A stretch of DNA of 64,000 nucleotides from an uncultured Nitrososphaerota archaeon (lineage in GTDB: Archaea; Thermoproteota; Nitrososphaeria; Nitrososphaerales; Gagatemarchaeaceae), in contig CAVRAG010000001.1 in NCBI GenBank assembly GCA_963718895.1, forward strand, positions 1 through 64,000. Direction: 5' to 3'. The position numbers were made by a program, and so were the translations under genes. Of this stretch, positions 8,333 through 19,446 are shown one piece after another (the stretch's first letter is position 1; every line of letters begins with the position of its first letter). The notes beneath the pieces are model-generated. The model was given only the letters and a program-made list of their open reading frames with translations. It made no database searches and had not been told where the DNA came from.

Positions 8333-9571
8333 CTACCCGGTCAGGGGTTTATTCCTCTTTCTTCCCAGAGGTGAGCGCGCCACCGCAAGGATCACTGCAA
8401 TCTGGACGAGAACTAGCACTATGTAGGAGACCGGGAGTGATGTGCTGGAAGCTGTGCTTGTCGTAGTAGAAGGAGCGGAGGTGACCTCAGTGGCCGTCGA
8501 GGACGCAACAGAGCCGGAGACCACAAAGACCTGGCTGGAGCCATCACTCACGAACAGCTCTCCCTTACCCGGGTCGTAAGCCACACCGTCCGCACCGCCC
8601 GTACCGTATACGCCGCCTAGCGTCAAGTTCCCTACAACTGCGTTTGTAGAGTCGGAAATCATGTAGACGACAGCGCCTACGCCGATGGTAGCGAGGACTT
8701 CTCCGCTGGCAGGATCATATGCCATGTTGTCGAGAGCAGGCCCCAAGACCAGGTTAGCCACCACTGTGTTCGTGGCGTCCGAAATCACTGTGACGTTGTT
8801 TGGGGCAGCACCGCCAAAGTTTGTGCCGACAAACATCTCGTCTTTAGCCGCGTCATACGCCACGGTCGAAGGCCATTGTCCTACAGTCACGTTCGCAACG
8901 ACCTTGTTGTCGCTGTCAGAGATTACCGATACCGTATTGGACGATATCGGGCAATAGCCGTTGCAGGAGTCAGAATCTGCTACGTACAACTCTCCCTTGG
9001 TTGGATCGTACGCGATGCCGTTAGGGCCGCTTCCTCCTGTCCCGCTGCTCGCTATCGTAACGTTTGTCACTACGGTGTTCGTGCTATCCGAGATCACGGA
9101 CACGGTGTTTGAGCCGTAGTTGGATACGAAGATCTCGCCCTTGGCTGAGTCGTACGCTAGACCGGCGGGCCCGCTCCCCACCTTAACGGTTGCGACTACC
9201 TCATTGGTGCTGTCTGAGATCACGGACACGGTTTTTGAGCCGTAGTTTGATGCGAAGACCTCGCCCTTGCTCGAATCATACGCGACCTGGACGGGGTCGC
9301 TCCCCACGCTCACGTTCGCTACCACCGAGTTGGTGGCGTCGGATATTACGGCGACAGAGTTCGCGTCATATGCAGAGTCGGCTACGAAGACCTCGCCTCT
9401 GCCTGAATCGTACGCTAGGCCCCCGGGGCCGCCATGGACCGTCACGCTTGATACCACAGACATGCTCCCTGCTCTGGCCAACGGGACCTCAGCCGAAGCG
9501 AAGACCAGAAGTAGGAGGACTGTCAGGATGACTGCTGCGCGGCCTGCGAAACGCACCTGCCGTCGTGCCAA
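8333..9571 (-). CDS. Secreted YVTN/YncE-type beta-propeller surface protein with C-terminal TM anchor
   Basis: Signal peptide; about 7 repeats of AYDxxKGEVFV..SNTVSVISDxTNxVVANVxVG; Ser/Thr linker, TM, basic tail. Confidence 0.88.
   Translation of the reverse strand: MARRQVRFAGRAAVILTVLLLLVFASAEVPLARAGSMSVVSSVTVHGGPGGLAYDSGRGEVFVADSAYDANSVAVISDATNSVVANVSVGSDPVQVAYDSSKGEVFASNYGSKTVSVISDSTNEVVATVKVGSGPAGLAYDSAKGEIFVSNYGSNTVSVISDSTNTVVTNVTIASSGTGGSGPNGIAYDPTKGELYVADSDSCNGYCPISSNTVSVISDSDNKVVANVTVGQWPSTVAYDAAKDEMFVGTNFGGAAPNNVTVISDATNTVVANLVLGPALDNMAYDPASGEVLATIGVGAVVYMISDSTNAVVGNLTLGGVYGTGGADGVAYDPGKGELFVSDGSSQVFVVSGSVASSTATEVTSAPSTTTSTASSTSLPVSYIVLVLVQIAVILAVARSPLGRKRNKPLTG
9090..9269. repeat. 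Near-identical intragenic propeller-blade repeat (126-nt period)
   Basis: 9090-9143 vs 9216-9269 identical at 50/54 nt by manual alignment. Confidence 0.85.
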
Positions 9572-9901
9572 GAACGAGTTATTATCGTTTTGGAGTACTT
9601 GCGGCTGCCGCCGAATTTGACGTCGTTGTTTCCTTCCCTAGCGTGGACGCCCTCTTTGAATTCCGCAGGACCGGAACTCTCAGTTTTTAATGCGTTTCTC
9701 CCCTGTCCGAAGGTCTCAGCTCTGTCTGGCGGATGGAGCTCGATTCTGGCTAGATGGATCCTTATGGGTTGATTCCAGAGAACTGAAAGCAGTGTGGGTC
9801 GCCGTGCATTTGACCTTAGGCTCAAAATCATCACCCGTCGCAGCAGAGCTACGTGAATTCTAGACGGGACAGGCTTGCAGGAAAAGATTCTGGTGATGAA
9901 C

Positions 9902-10483
9902 CTATTTTCTGTTTCTCTCTTGAGCTAGAGGTTCGTAGTGAAGTCCGACCACTCCCGTCTTGAACGTCTTTGTGCTGACCAGCTTCAGAGGATGCCTGCC
10001 GTTGGGGTCGACGAATATAGGTCTCCCTGAGCCTAGAATTATGGGGCGCACCCGGATAAAATACTCGTCAATGAGACCCTCCCTGAGGAGAAGACCCACA
10101 AGCGTTCCGCTACCTACGACGACCAGGTCCTTCCCAGGCTGTCGCTTGAGCTTCATAACTGCCTCGCTCGGGCTTCCTCGCACGAGGGTCGCGGGTTTCC
10201 ACATTGCCTTCGCGAGAGTCCGTGAGAAAACTACCTTCTGGAGAGTGTTCAGCTGCTTGACGAGGACGGGGTCCACCCCCATAGACTTTGGGTCTTGAGT
10301 AGGCCAGAACTGCCTAAACTCCTCGTATGTGACTCGCCCGTAGAGCATCGTGTCCACCCTGCGATTGATGTCCCTAGACCATGCCCACTCGTCGTCATCA
10401 AATCCAAACCAGTCAATCGAATTCCTAAGGCTCGTAAAGTACCCGTCAAGTGAAGTTATGGTGTCAAGAATCAGACGCCGCAT
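9902..10483 (-). CDS. Dihydrofolate reductase/RibD C-terminal domain family protein
   Basis: TSLDGY, LYGRVTYE, KVVFSRTL, VGSGTL, GLIDEY...PIILGSGRPIF. Confidence 0.9.
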   Translation of the reverse strand: MRRLILDTITSLDGYFTSLRNSIDWFGFDDDEWAWSRDINRRVDTMLYGRVTYEEFRQFWPTQDPKSMGVDPVLVKQLNTLQKVVFSRTLAKAMWKPATLVRGSPSEAVMKLKRQPGKDLVVVGSGTLVGLLLREGLIDEYFIRVRPIILGSGRPIFVDPNGRHPLKLVSTKTFKTGVVGLHYEPLAQERNRK

Positions 10484-10700
10484 TGTCCTTACCCTTGGGA
10501 TTGGTTGAGATAAGCATTAACCAACAGGCTTCTTCTGCATCATCTGTAGCCCCTCAATTCCGGATCGAGGCCCGCTTAGTGGTGTATGCTTTCGGGTCAG
10601 GGATGCTGAGCGCTTTTTCCATCCTTCTCTCGAGCTTCTCTTACTCCGATTGGATTCTGACATGGAGCTCCATGAATAAGAAATTTCCTACAAGGAAATC

Positions 10701-10874
10701 GTGGCAAACGAAGCCTCGGAGCTCAGAACGGTCACGGTGTCTGAAAAGGGACAGGTGGCAATCCTAGTCGATCTCAGGCGGAGTTTAGGAATAAAGAAAG
10801 GTCAGACGCTGGTCATTCAGGTGGCAGAAGATAGACTGTTGATAGCGAAATCGGAGGATATTTCGCGGAAGTAG
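10701..10874 (+). CDS. AbrB/MazE/SpoVT-family DNA-binding protein, no adjacent toxin
   Basis: Own translation (57 aa, below track cutoff): MANEASELRTVTVSEKGQVAILVDLRRSLGIKKGQTLVIQVAEDRLLIAK. Confidence 0.75.
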   Translation: MANEASELRTVTVSEKGQVAILVDLRRSLGIKKGQTLVIQVAEDRLLIAKSEDISRK

Positions 10875-10947
10875 AGGTAGCAGACGGGCCCGGGATGCCT
10901 GCAATGTCGTTGCTGGGGAGTGAATCTGGCGACACCTTCTTTCTCTC

Positions 10948-11996
10948 CTAGTTTTTGGCGTAGTAGTCGGATACCGCTCTGAACGACTCCTTAGGCTCCC
11001 AGGGCATGTCCGGATAGGTCGTCCCGTGCCTGCCGCCCTCGTAGTATCTCACCAAGCTCTGGTTCGTCGTGTCCAGGTCGTACTTCGGGTCCTCATCGAA
11101 GGGGTTGGTCTGGGACTCGAACTGCGACACGGAGGCTCCGTCCACACCCGCGGCGTCGAGGATCTCCAAGGTCTCGACTAACTTGCGCGCCTGCCAGGCC
11201 TCGTCGCGCGGATGGATGACCCGCACCTTGGGACGGATGAACCTTCCCGCGACCGGGAGGGCGTGGAAGAACTGTGACCAGAAGTCGGCGTCCCCTCCTC
11301 CCAACAGGACCTTGGCGAGCTTCCCGTCGCTCTGGTATGTATTGTACCCGAACTCCGTGACCACCACAGGCTTGCCGGTGTCGAAGAGCGGTTTCAGCAT
11401 CTCAACATACTTGTCCTCGATGTCCTGGGCCCGGTAGTGGTCCACGCCGACATAGTCGAAGAGGCTCCAGTCGACCTTCTCCCAGATGAGGGAGTGGTAG
11501 GTTAGCTTGCCCTTGAACTCCTTCTTGACGGCAGTCACGGCCCGGCGAGGAAAGCGTTGAGCGGCCCGTTGTGTTCGCCGGCCATGATTCGCGCTCTGAA
11601 CTTTGGGTTCCTGAGCCGCTGGATGATGTTCTTCCCTTCGAGTATCCCCTGCATGAAGAGTGTGGACTCGCCGCCGACGCTCAAGACCACCTTGTCGGGC
11701 CACTGCTTGCGGAGAGCCTCCAGAGGCCCGGCCGCCTTGGCCAAGTACGAGACGGTCTCATCTTCGCTCTTGTCCCACAGCAGAGGCGAGAGCCAGACCT
11801 CGAGCCCCTCCTCAAGCGCGGCCGTCGCGGCGGTCACGATCCGACCGACGTCCAGGGCGCTGATGCTTACCGCGTTGCAGTGCAGGTCGTTCTTGATGAT
11901 CTCGAGCTCCCGGTGCACAATCTTCGGGTCGAAGACTGGACGCCAATTGAAGCCCATCACCGCTCCGACATCGTAACAGACACCTTTCAGTCTCAA
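10948..11996 (-). CDS. Glycoside-hydrolase-like TIM-barrel protein (family often labelled abortive infection protein); one frameshift near 11540
   Basis: N part 11535-11996 (KGVCYDVG, IKNDLHCNAV, VGGE) joins C part (VDWSLFDYVGVDHY, KPVVVTEFG, WEPKESF). Confidence 0.65.
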
Positions 11997-12003
11997 CCCA
12001 GAC

Positions 12004-12609
12004 TCACTTCGGCCCAGGTCCTAGGATACGCAAGATCATGCCCGCATCAGGTATCTGCTTTTCCACCTCCTCTGGAGAAAGCTGCGCCATCCTCGACAAT
12101 CCGTCGACGCACGCCAGAAGCGCGCTCACCAGTTTGTCGGGGTCGTCATTGGCAATCTCGCCTGTCGCCTGCCCCTCGACGATGAGCCCTCGCATGATTT
12201 CGCGAATGGAAAGGCCCTGCTCCTTGATCTGCTTGCGAAGGTCCGCTGGAAGGGTGTCGCTGGCCATCGCTTGATAGAAGAACTGGTAGAATCCGGGGTC
12301 TCTACGCCTACGCTCAAGCATTCCAGCCAACATCCGCTTCAAGCGGTCTCTTGGTGTGCCTTGCATCTGCTGTACGATCGCACGCAACTCCTCCGCGGGT
12401 CGGACCGACTGCCTCACCAAGGCTAGGAAGATCGCCTCCTTGCTCGGGAAGTAATGATATGCCAATCCCGGGCTGACTCCGGCCTCGGAGGCCACGTCGG
12501 ACATCTTGGCGGCCATCCCCTTGTGGGCAAACACCTCCCTCGCAGCGGCTAGGATCTTCTCTGTCGTCTCCTCTCGAATCTGCCTATTGGCTTGTTCTGT
12601 TCGGGGCAG
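12004..12609 (-). CDS. TetR/AcrR family regulator, probable CTG start
   Basis: Frame extends past the track start to CTG-PRTEQANRQIREETTEKILAAAREVF...VASEAGVSPGLAYHYFPSKE. Confidence 0.85.
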   Translation of the reverse strand: MPRTEQANRQIREETTEKILAAAREVFAHKGMAAKMSDVASEAGVSPGLAYHYFPSKEAIFLALVRQSVRPAEELRAIVQQMQGTPRDRLKRMLAGMLERRRRDPGFYQFFYQAMASDTLPADLRKQIKEQGLSIREIMRGLIVEGQATGEIANDDPDKLVSALLACVDGLSRMAQLSPEEVEKQIPDAGMILRILGPGPK

Positions 12610-12624
12610 GCTAGGTCTTCTCAG

Positions 12625-12648
12625 TATTAATTAAATATTTAATCAATA
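12625..12648. promoter_or_regulatory. Palindromic operator overlapping the TetR promoter
   Basis: TATTAATTAAAT|ATTTAATCAATA, 11/12 inverted-repeat match, immediately upstream of tetR. Confidence 0.65.
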
Positions 12649-12949
12649 TATAACTGTATTGCCCCTGATCGGCTTGGGCTGACCGATGACCACGTCACCG
12701 ATATGGAACAACGAGCGACCATGAGCAGATTTATTCCTAGTGAACGATTCATATCCATCAAACGAAAGTATACTGGTCAAAGCTCACCGGCCCCATCAAG
12801 AGGTACAATTCAATTCCACACTCAGAAAGCAAACCGAGCTGGTCCCGTCGGGGCCCGCTCACAATTAGCTTATAATATGCCCCGATTAACCGTAGTAGGC
12901 AGATTTGACCCTTTTCAGCATGAATTCAATTCGAATTCGCTCAGATTGT

Positions 12950-13100
12950 CGGCAGAGCGTCCCCGCCGTCGTGGTCTTGCCTACCCCGTTCGGCCCAAGG
13001 AAGCCGAAGATCTCACCCTCCCCAGCCCTGAACGACACAGAATCAACAGCCGTCAGGTTGCCAAACTTCTTTGTAAGGTTCCCAGTATTGATTATCGTAG
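12950..13100 (-). pseudogene. Truncated ABC ATPase N-terminus
   Basis: [43 protein letters not shown], then similarity ends; close paralogue of the ATPase starting at 42579. Confidence 0.75.
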
Positions 13101-13150
13101 CCCTCCCTCGCTCACTCTCTTTGTCTTGTCTTCTTTGCGCTTCGAGTTGC

Positions 13151-14020
13151 TCAACTGAAATCCTCCCTCTCAAACAATGTGATACCCAAGATTGAAGTGA
13201 CCACGAAATAGGCAAACATTATCGCAAGACCTTCAGGAATGGTTACATTGTACGAAGATGACCCAGCTATCACGACTTCGTGAGGAGGATAGCCTGAAGA
13301 AGAGAGGACATTCTTGATTATCCCAGCACCATAACTCAGAACATACCAAGGTTCGGAACTCGACAAAGCGGATATCAGCGGCGTGATGAAATTAAACCCA
13401 AACAGTAGCAGAATGGAGGTCAGAAGAATCGAGTAGGAATTGTCCTTGAACAGGGAGCTAATGAAGAACGAAAATCCCAAGATAGGGAAGATGTAGAAGA
13501 GAGCGAAAACGAACGATTCACCGAACTGATAAGGAATGTTAGATCCGAAGTAGATTGCGCCGTCAGCCAACGTGATTGCCGCGTAGACACCAATTGCGAT
13601 TGCTGACGCTAAGAACGATGCTATCCATTTGCCAATGAAGATGGAAGATCTACTTACTGGATTCGGTAGCAGGTAATACCCCGTCTTGTTCTGAAATTCG
13701 GTTGAGATTGCGTCAGCCCCAAAGAAGATGCCGGCGAGAATCACGCACAGACCTGCTACGGTCCCCCACCATTCCGAATAGAACGACATTGGTGACGATA
13801 GAAGTGCGGATGGCCTGTAGACGTACATCACCGCCATGATCGCTATCCCGATCGTCGCCACGATGGTAAGCAGGATGTAGAATCGCGTCGAACGGAGATA
13901 GTTGAGGAATTCGAATTCGGCTTGCACACCGCATTGAGCGAGACCAGACGGAACCTTGTTGTTCGCTCGTTCGAAAGGTTGAGTCCCAGGATTCGCAGCC
14001 AATCCAAATAACTCCTTCAA
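13151..14020 (-). CDS. ABC-2 type exporter permease
   Basis: [31 protein letters not shown]; 6 TM; overlaps the ATPase stop. Confidence 0.85.
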   Translation of the reverse strand: MKELFGLAANPGTQPFERANNKVPSGLAQCGVQAEFEFLNYLRSTRFYILLTIVATIGIAIMAVMYVYRPSALLSSPMSFYSEWWGTVAGLCVILAGIFFGADAISTEFQNKTGYYLLPNPVSRSSIFIGKWIASFLASAIAIGVYAAITLADGAIYFGSNIPYQFGESFVFALFYIFPILGFSFFISSLFKDNSYSILLTSILLLFGFNFITPLISALSSSEPWYVLSYGAGIIKNVLSSSGYPPHEVVIAGSSSYNVTIPEGLAIMFAYFVVTSILGITLFEREDFS

Positions 14021-14970
14021 ACGTTCTCTTTGATCAGGTTGAGGTAGACGTCTTCCAGAGCCGATGAAGAGGCCTTGAGACTATTGATTCCAATCCTAAG
14101 AGCGCCCAACTCTGAGAGAATATCTGCTTGGGTTTCGGCGTCTCCCGAGAATTTCAACCAGAGGTTCCGATTGTCTAGTATCTCCACGCTCGTGACTCCG
14201 TGTATCCTTCGTATCGTCTCGACGACCTCGTCATCTACGCGTGGGCTTGCAAAGCCAACCTCCAAGACCGGACCTGCACCAGAGAACCTGCTGGTGAGAT
14301 TCTGAATGGTATCGTACACCAGAAGCTTTCCATGATCAATAAGAGCAGCTTCGTCGCAGACATCCATCACCTCTGAGAGGAGATGCGAACTCATGAAGAT
14401 GAGTCTCCCGCGTTTCTTGAGGTTCTTCACCATCTCCCGGACCTCGCTCATCCCTCTAGGGTCCAATCCGCTTGTTGGTTCGTCCAGGAGGATTATCTCG
14501 GGATCACTGAGAAGCGTAGAGGCTATGCCTATCCGCTGCTTCATCCCCTTTGAGAACTTTCCAACTTTTTTGTTCGCCCAATCTTCCATGTGTACTTCGT
14601 GAAGAGCTTCCTCGATCTTCTTGTTCCTGATCTCCGAAGGGACGCCGCGGTGCTTCGCGATTATCATCAGGGCCTCCCTCGGCGTAAGAGAAGGATAGAT
14701 CTCCGGTGTCTCGACCAGAGCTGCCACGGCCGCCAACGCCTTCTTCTTATCAGAGTGCACGTCTATTCCATTTATCAACGCCTTGCCAGATGACCTGTGA
14801 ATCAAATCTGTGAATATCTTGAGCGTGGTGGTCTTTCCCGCTCCATTGGGACCGAGAAAGCCAACGCACTTCGCTCCTTCAATCCTCAGATCCAGATTGT
14901 CGAGGGCAGTGAAAGAATCGTACTCCTTGGTGAGTTTGATAGCCTCGATTGAGGGCACGTAGCTCGCCAT
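14017..14970 (-). CDS. ABC exporter ATP-binding protein
   Basis: [31 protein letters not shown]. Confidence 0.93.
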   Translation of the reverse strand: MASYVPSIEAIKLTKEYDSFTALDNLDLRIEGAKCVGFLGPNGAGKTTTLKIFTDLIHRSSGKALINGIDVHSDKKKALAAVAALVETPEIYPSLTPREALMIIAKHRGVPSEIRNKKIEEALHEVHMEDWANKKVGKFSKGMKQRIGIASTLLSDPEIILLDEPTSGLDPRGMSEVREMVKNLKKRGRLIFMSSHLLSEVMDVCDEAALIDHGKLLVYDTIQNLTSRFSGAGPVLEVGFASPRVDDEVVETIRRIHGVTSVEILDNRNLWLKFSGDAETQADILSELGALRIGINSLKASSSALEDVYLNLIKENV

Positions 14971-15066
14971 TAAACGATCACTCGTCGAGATGGGGCAGAA
15001 CTCCTAGCTTACGGCAGGATTCTGCGTGTTGGAGTCTCTTCGCTCTTCCTCTTCCTTTCAATCCCT

Positions 15067-15552
15067 CTACGACCTGCTCTTCCTGCGCAGTCCCACTACT
15101 ATGACAACGACACCGATAATGAAGATGACAAAGCCGCCCAATACGAGCGAGTTAGATCCTAGTGTGCCTCCGTTGGCTGGAGTGACAACGATCTTTGAGT
15201 TCGGTTGAGATGATGCGAAGGCTACGTAGTTGTAATCTCCCAAGAGGTTTGTGTAAGTCACTGTTCCTGCTGTGTTTGAATGTGGTGTAACAGCGTATTG
15301 ACCGATGTTGGTCGAATTGACCAGATTCAGATCCTGGACAGGGATGAGTCCACCGTTTGCAGGTGCAGAAGTAACTGCCGCATCGGAGGTCGAGTTGATC
15401 ACTAACTCTGTTGAGACGTATTCGCCGCTCTGAGGTTCGCTGAAAGTGGAGATGACGGTGAGCCCTCGAAGCACCCCCACTACCCCGACCGCAACAAGGA
15501 CGACTCCAATGATTAGGACGACCACGCCGATCATGACTATTGGTCTATTCAC
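15067..15552 (-). CDS. Hypothetical membrane protein (N- and C-terminal TM, external beta-rich domain)
   Basis: Two hydrophobic helices flanking a polar domain; basic tail RRKSRS. Confidence 0.6.
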   Translation of the reverse strand: MNRPIVMIGVVVLIIGVVLVAVGVVGVLRGLTVISTFSEPQSGEYVSTELVINSTSDAAVTSAPANGGLIPVQDLNLVNSTNIGQYAVTPHSNTAGTVTYTNLLGDYNYVAFASSQPNSKIVVTPANGGTLGSNSLVLGGFVIFIIGVVVIVVGLRRKSRS

Positions 15553-15672
15553 GGTGACAACTCCTGTGGGTCCTCGCCTTAAATAGAGTCTGAAAAGTAC
15601 AATCTTTGTACGTATCACCACATTTTATGAGGAGGAGACAACAGGACCAAGAGTGTAGATGCGCGAGCCAAA

Positions 15673-16350
15673 ATGATGGATGACGCAAAGGTCGACGTCC
15701 CGCGTGATGATACGCAGCGCGCGGTCAAACAAGCCATTCTCCTGAACGAATACTTGCTCCGCCGAGCTTTGGGAGTACTCTATCTTGCACTCTCACTTGC
15801 AATGTTCCTTTCAATCTTTGGAACGCCTATCATCAATTCACTGGAACCAATTGGGTTCGCAAGCTCGATAGCTGTGGACATGACCGCGAGCGGATGTGGT
15901 ATAGTTGCCATCCTCTGGGCGTTCAAACGGGTCCGCAACACCGCTTACATCATTCACCCCGAGGGCGACCGAGCTTGGCCAAAGCTACTTGGATATCGCT
16001 TGCTTGTACCGCTGTGGATCGCGCTCAATGCACTGGTGATCTTGACGATTGCGCTCGCTAGAGCCCAACTTCCTTTGGTAGTGCTTCTGGTACACCTTGG
16101 AGTGGCAGTCTATCTGTATTACGCTCTAAGACTCTCTTTTTCAAAGGAAATTCCCGGAGAGGCTATCATCGCAATTGGTTCACTCTCGCTGAGTAGCGTC
16201 GCGTCGATCGCACTGTTGTCTATCGTCACAAGCCCCGGGCCTTATGCGCTCCTCTGGGGAGCGACGATTGCTGCCTGGATTTTTTCAGGAGTCTTTGCGC
16301 GTACCAGACCTATCCCGGAATTTGTAGAGGGGCTTACTGGACTTGAGTGA
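15673..16350 (+). CDS. Hypothetical 6-TM membrane protein
   Basis: Six hydrophobic segments; overlaps the downstream wHTH gene. Confidence 0.65.
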   Translation: MMDDAKVDVPRDDTQRAVKQAILLNEYLLRRALGVLYLALSLAMFLSIFGTPIINSLEPIGFASSIAVDMTASGCGIVAILWAFKRVRNTAYIIHPEGDRAWPKLLGYRLLVPLWIALNALVILTIALARAQLPLVVLLVHLGVAVYLYYALRLSFSKEIPGEAIIAIGSLSLSSVASIALLSIVTSPGPYALLWGATIAAWIFSGVFARTRPIPEFVEGLTGLE

Positions 16351-16702
16351 TGACGAGCAATCCAAGCGTGACTTTGATGCGATCGTTACCGATGAAGGCA
16401 TTCGGTCGTTAAAGGAGCAGCTTGATGACTCGACTTTCAAATCATCTGCTCGAATCCTGATATTAGTGCTGCTTGCATTGGCTCGAAGGATGAGTTCTGT
16501 ACAACTCAGGACGCTTACAGGGTTGGGAAAGGGGAGTCTGGAGAATCATCTGAACAAGCTTGAAAGCTTCGGTTATGTTAGGTTGAGCTATACAAAATCC
16601 ATGGGAGCCAGGGGTGTTCCAAGGCAGACGGTCGAGATCACCGAGAAGGGGCTCGATGCTTGTCGCGCTCTTGTAAAGAGTGTGTCAAGTTTGACTCTCT
16701 GA
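16343..16702 (+). CDS. Winged-helix transcriptional regulator (ArsR/MarR-like)
   Basis: ARILILVLL...LRTLTGLGKGSLENHLNKLESFGYV...VEITEKG. Confidence 0.85.
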   Translation: MSDDEQSKRDFDAIVTDEGIRSLKEQLDDSTFKSSARILILVLLALARRMSSVQLRTLTGLGKGSLENHLNKLESFGYVRLSYTKSMGARGVPRQTVEITEKGLDACRALVKSVSSLTL

Positions 16703-17141
16703 GGTTCGTCGCCGTCGAGCATCTCTGCAAGACCCAGCATCGCCTATATTCGCTGGCATAATCGGCGAAGGGTTGGAGAGTAATTCGAATCCATCCAACG
16801 GAGCACTCTGGTCCAAGCTCAGCGGCCGCGTCAAGGGTAGCAACTCAATTCCAGGCTTGGAAAGTAAACTGGGCGATTCCCGTCTGGCCTGCCTTCGTTC
16901 GGGTTCGAGTCCCTCGTCCCCCTCGCGTGCTCATCGCTTGTGGGCATACAGGCAGTTTACTCGCCTCAGCACATGAACGCCAATCCCCAGAGGCGGCGCA
17001 ACACCTGCAATCTTGAATCCTATCTGTCGAAGCAGAGCTGTATCGAAAGTTATAGATGTAAACCTCGGGTAGTTTCCCCCAATACACGTAGATTTCGGCG
17101 GAGGTGTGTATTCTTTACAACTTGGCGTCGTGTCAAGACAA

Positions 17142-17768
17142 CTAGTCCATCGGAGCTGAGAGATAATGGGCAATCGCGGCGGCCGTCCAGCGGGCCACGT
17201 CATCGGGGGACGCATCCGATATTCCGGACATCCTGAGAACATAACGGCTCAGGCCGAGACCCAGCAGTGTCGAGGCGATCAGGGCGATTCGGCGGGTCGC
17301 GAACCGGTGTCCCGACCGCGCGATGATCTGTGGCGTGATCTGCTGTTCGATAGTAGACCGGAGAGCTTCGGCCGCCTTTTCGTTCGTTAGGGCAGAGCGG
17401 AGCAACCCCGCGAAGGCCACGGAGGTCCCAGGATTCCCCCAGCGCCCCAAGAACAGCTCGACTATCGCCCGCGCAGCCTCGGAGGAATCCCGAATGGTCA
17501 CCAGCGGAGCCTTCTCTGGGGAGCGCATCATGTGCCTGAGCGTTTCGAGGAAGAGTCCTTCCTTGCTCCCGAAGTAGTGGTAGGTCAGCGCCGGGTTAGT
17601 GCGGGCTCTAAGGGCTATGGCACGAACGGAAGCCCCCTCGAACCCTAGTCGTCCGAACTCCAGAATCGCCGCCCTGAGAATGTCGTCCCGAGGACTGCCC
17701 AAGCGACTTGGTCGACGGCCGCGCCTTGTTCGGCCCTTCATCCGACTCCGTTCATCCAAATCGGCCAT
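17142..17768 (-). CDS. TetR family regulator (actinobacterial-like C-terminal domain)
   Basis: ILRAAILEFGRLGFEGASVRAIA...NPALTYHYFGSKEGLF; RRIALIASTLLGLGLSRYVL. Confidence 0.88.
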   Translation of the reverse strand: MADLDERSRMKGRTRRGRRPSRLGSPRDDILRAAILEFGRLGFEGASVRAIALRARTNPALTYHYFGSKEGLFLETLRHMMRSPEKAPLVTIRDSSEAARAIVELFLGRWGNPGTSVAFAGLLRSALTNEKAAEALRSTIEQQITPQIIARSGHRFATRRIALIASTLLGLGLSRYVLRMSGISDASPDDVARWTAAAIAHYLSAPMD

Positions 17769-17780
17769 GGCGGAAAATAA

Positions 17781-17796
17781 TTAAACGTCGGTTTAA
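17781..17796. promoter_or_regulatory. Inverted-repeat operator between divergent tetR and DUF1772-like gene
   Basis: TTAAAC-GTCG-GTTTAA, perfect 6-bp arms in the short divergent intergenic region. Confidence 0.65.
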
Positions 17797-17803
17797 ATAA
17801 GTC

Positions 17804-18304
17804 TTGGCTTGCCCGTGGACCATGATCTCTGAGTGGAATCTCGCGCTGTTTCTCGCAGCCCTAGGGATAAACGGGCTGCTGGCCGGAGCGAGCATCACAA
17901 AATCAATCGTCGAGTTGCCAGCCGGTAAGACAATGGGGTCGCTGGCCTTCGCGGCTTACAGTCGAGCCGCAGACCTTCGGAACGGCTTGCCCTGGTACTC
18001 ATTCCTCGGGATTGCAGGTCCGATTCTTACCATTTCGGTCGCGATCACAACGAGCCTGGGATACGGTCCAGCTGGGGACTTCGCGACTGCGCTGGATGTT
18101 GCGGCTGCACTCTCCATCGCGCACGTGGGATCGACCGCACTGGCCGCTCCCAATATGCTAAAGGTAGGTCATGTCGGCAGCGACGTCGCGCAGTTGGACG
18201 CGCTCTATGCGCGATTCCGACGATGGAACGGCCTGAGGGCCATCTTGCAAGGCCTCACGTTTCTGGTCTGTCTCGTGGCGATACACGAGCTGCTGTTTGG
18301 ATAG
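17804..18304 (+). CDS. DUF1772/anthrone-oxygenase-like 4-TM membrane protein
   Basis: GLLAGAS...RFRRWNGLRAIL; divergent from TetR. Confidence 0.65.
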   Translation: MACPWTMISEWNLALFLAALGINGLLAGASITKSIVELPAGKTMGSLAFAAYSRAADLRNGLPWYSFLGIAGPILTISVAITTSLGYGPAGDFATALDVAAALSIAHVGSTALAAPNMLKVGHVGSDVAQLDALYARFRRWNGLRAILQGLTFLVCLVAIHELLFG

Positions 18305-18693
18305 CCTCCCCTTTTCGCTCGTTGAAGTAGAAAGCAGCGCCTGAGACGTGTAATCCTAACTAGAATCTGATATTGGACCTCCGGCAAGAAAGCTGTAGGT
18401 TCCCTGGTTCGAACCTGTCGGTCGGAAGGTTGATGCGTTACGAGAACTCTTGAAAGCTCGGGGTTCGTGCTTATGACACTGGATTCTGGTCAGAAAGAGA
18501 AGCCGGAAGGCACTTGGGATGTTTCTCTAATGCACATTGCGGGTGCGCCGGCTCGTCCAGGACCCTAGGGGGCATAGTTGCAGTCAGCGTATCGAATTGT
18601 CATTGGTCACCGCGACGGACCGAACTTTGCTTGATGCCCTGAGTTGCTTCAGAGATAACAACACTTGCGTCGTGCTCATTGAATGATTCTTTT

Positions 18694-19265
18694 TCAACCT
18701 GTACTGGCCACAGTGGTCAGAAGGGCTAGCACCACGCCGATCAACAGTCCCACCGATGACCACATGACACCCGCGTCTCTTCGGCTGTCACTCCATACCT
18801 CTCCTATGATGAAGAGCATGACCCCGACTGCGAGGCTCAGCGTGAGCGTCAGGAGAACCGGTGAGCTTCCCGCGAGGACCACCCCGATCGGGGCTCCAAC
18901 CCCGGAGAAGACGCATGGCAACATCGTCAGCGCAAAGATTCGGCCGTTCTTGGCCCGCGCCTGAACCAGTTCACCCGCAATCGATCCGCTCTCGGCGAAG
19001 GTCTCTCCTATCATCAGGAGCGCCACCAGAAGCGAGAGGTCGGGCGAGATGACCATCACGGCGCCGATTGGCAGGGCCTCCGGTACGTTGTGGATGGAGA
19101 TTCCTATGGAGATGAGGCGCGCCCGCCGCGACCTTTCAGACCCAGAGTCAGATTTGGGCTCGGGGGGTCCCCCGCCGCTCTTCTTTTTCGTCACCTTCCT
19201 CTTCCTCCCCCTCGCCTGCGCCGAACGCCCCGAGGCCCTTCTCGAGCACTATCATCAGCAGCAAG
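18694..19265 (-). pseudogene. 5'-truncated ZIP (ZupT/GufA) metal transporter
   Basis: IHNVPEALPIG and LSLAVGVMLFII motifs; upstream in another frame LLMIVLEKG...EEEEGDEKEE, then similarity stops; first TMs missing. Confidence 0.65.
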
Positions 19266-19446
19266 GATCTCAGTGTAAAACTTGAGTGCTTTGCTCTAAT
19301 CATTAACGTGAACGCCAGTTAGCTGAATCTTCATGCAACAACTAATGTTCTCAACATTGATAATCTTGTTCACGATTTCTATCGCTCACTTTATGAGAGA
19401 AATGAATCAGTACGGTTTAAGAATCTCGGGAACTTTCGGCTGAGCG

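Noticed and set aside
16898-16926. GGGTTCGAGTCCC T-loop-like motif as a tRNA fragment or attR
   Set aside because: Only a 3-bp stem, no acceptor-stem match to the tRNA-Lys 3' end, no cloverleaf
18390-18420. GTAGGTTCCCTGGTTCGAACC tRNA-like fragment
   Set aside because: T stem does not close and no other arms are visible; could be a very old att scar but cannot be supported
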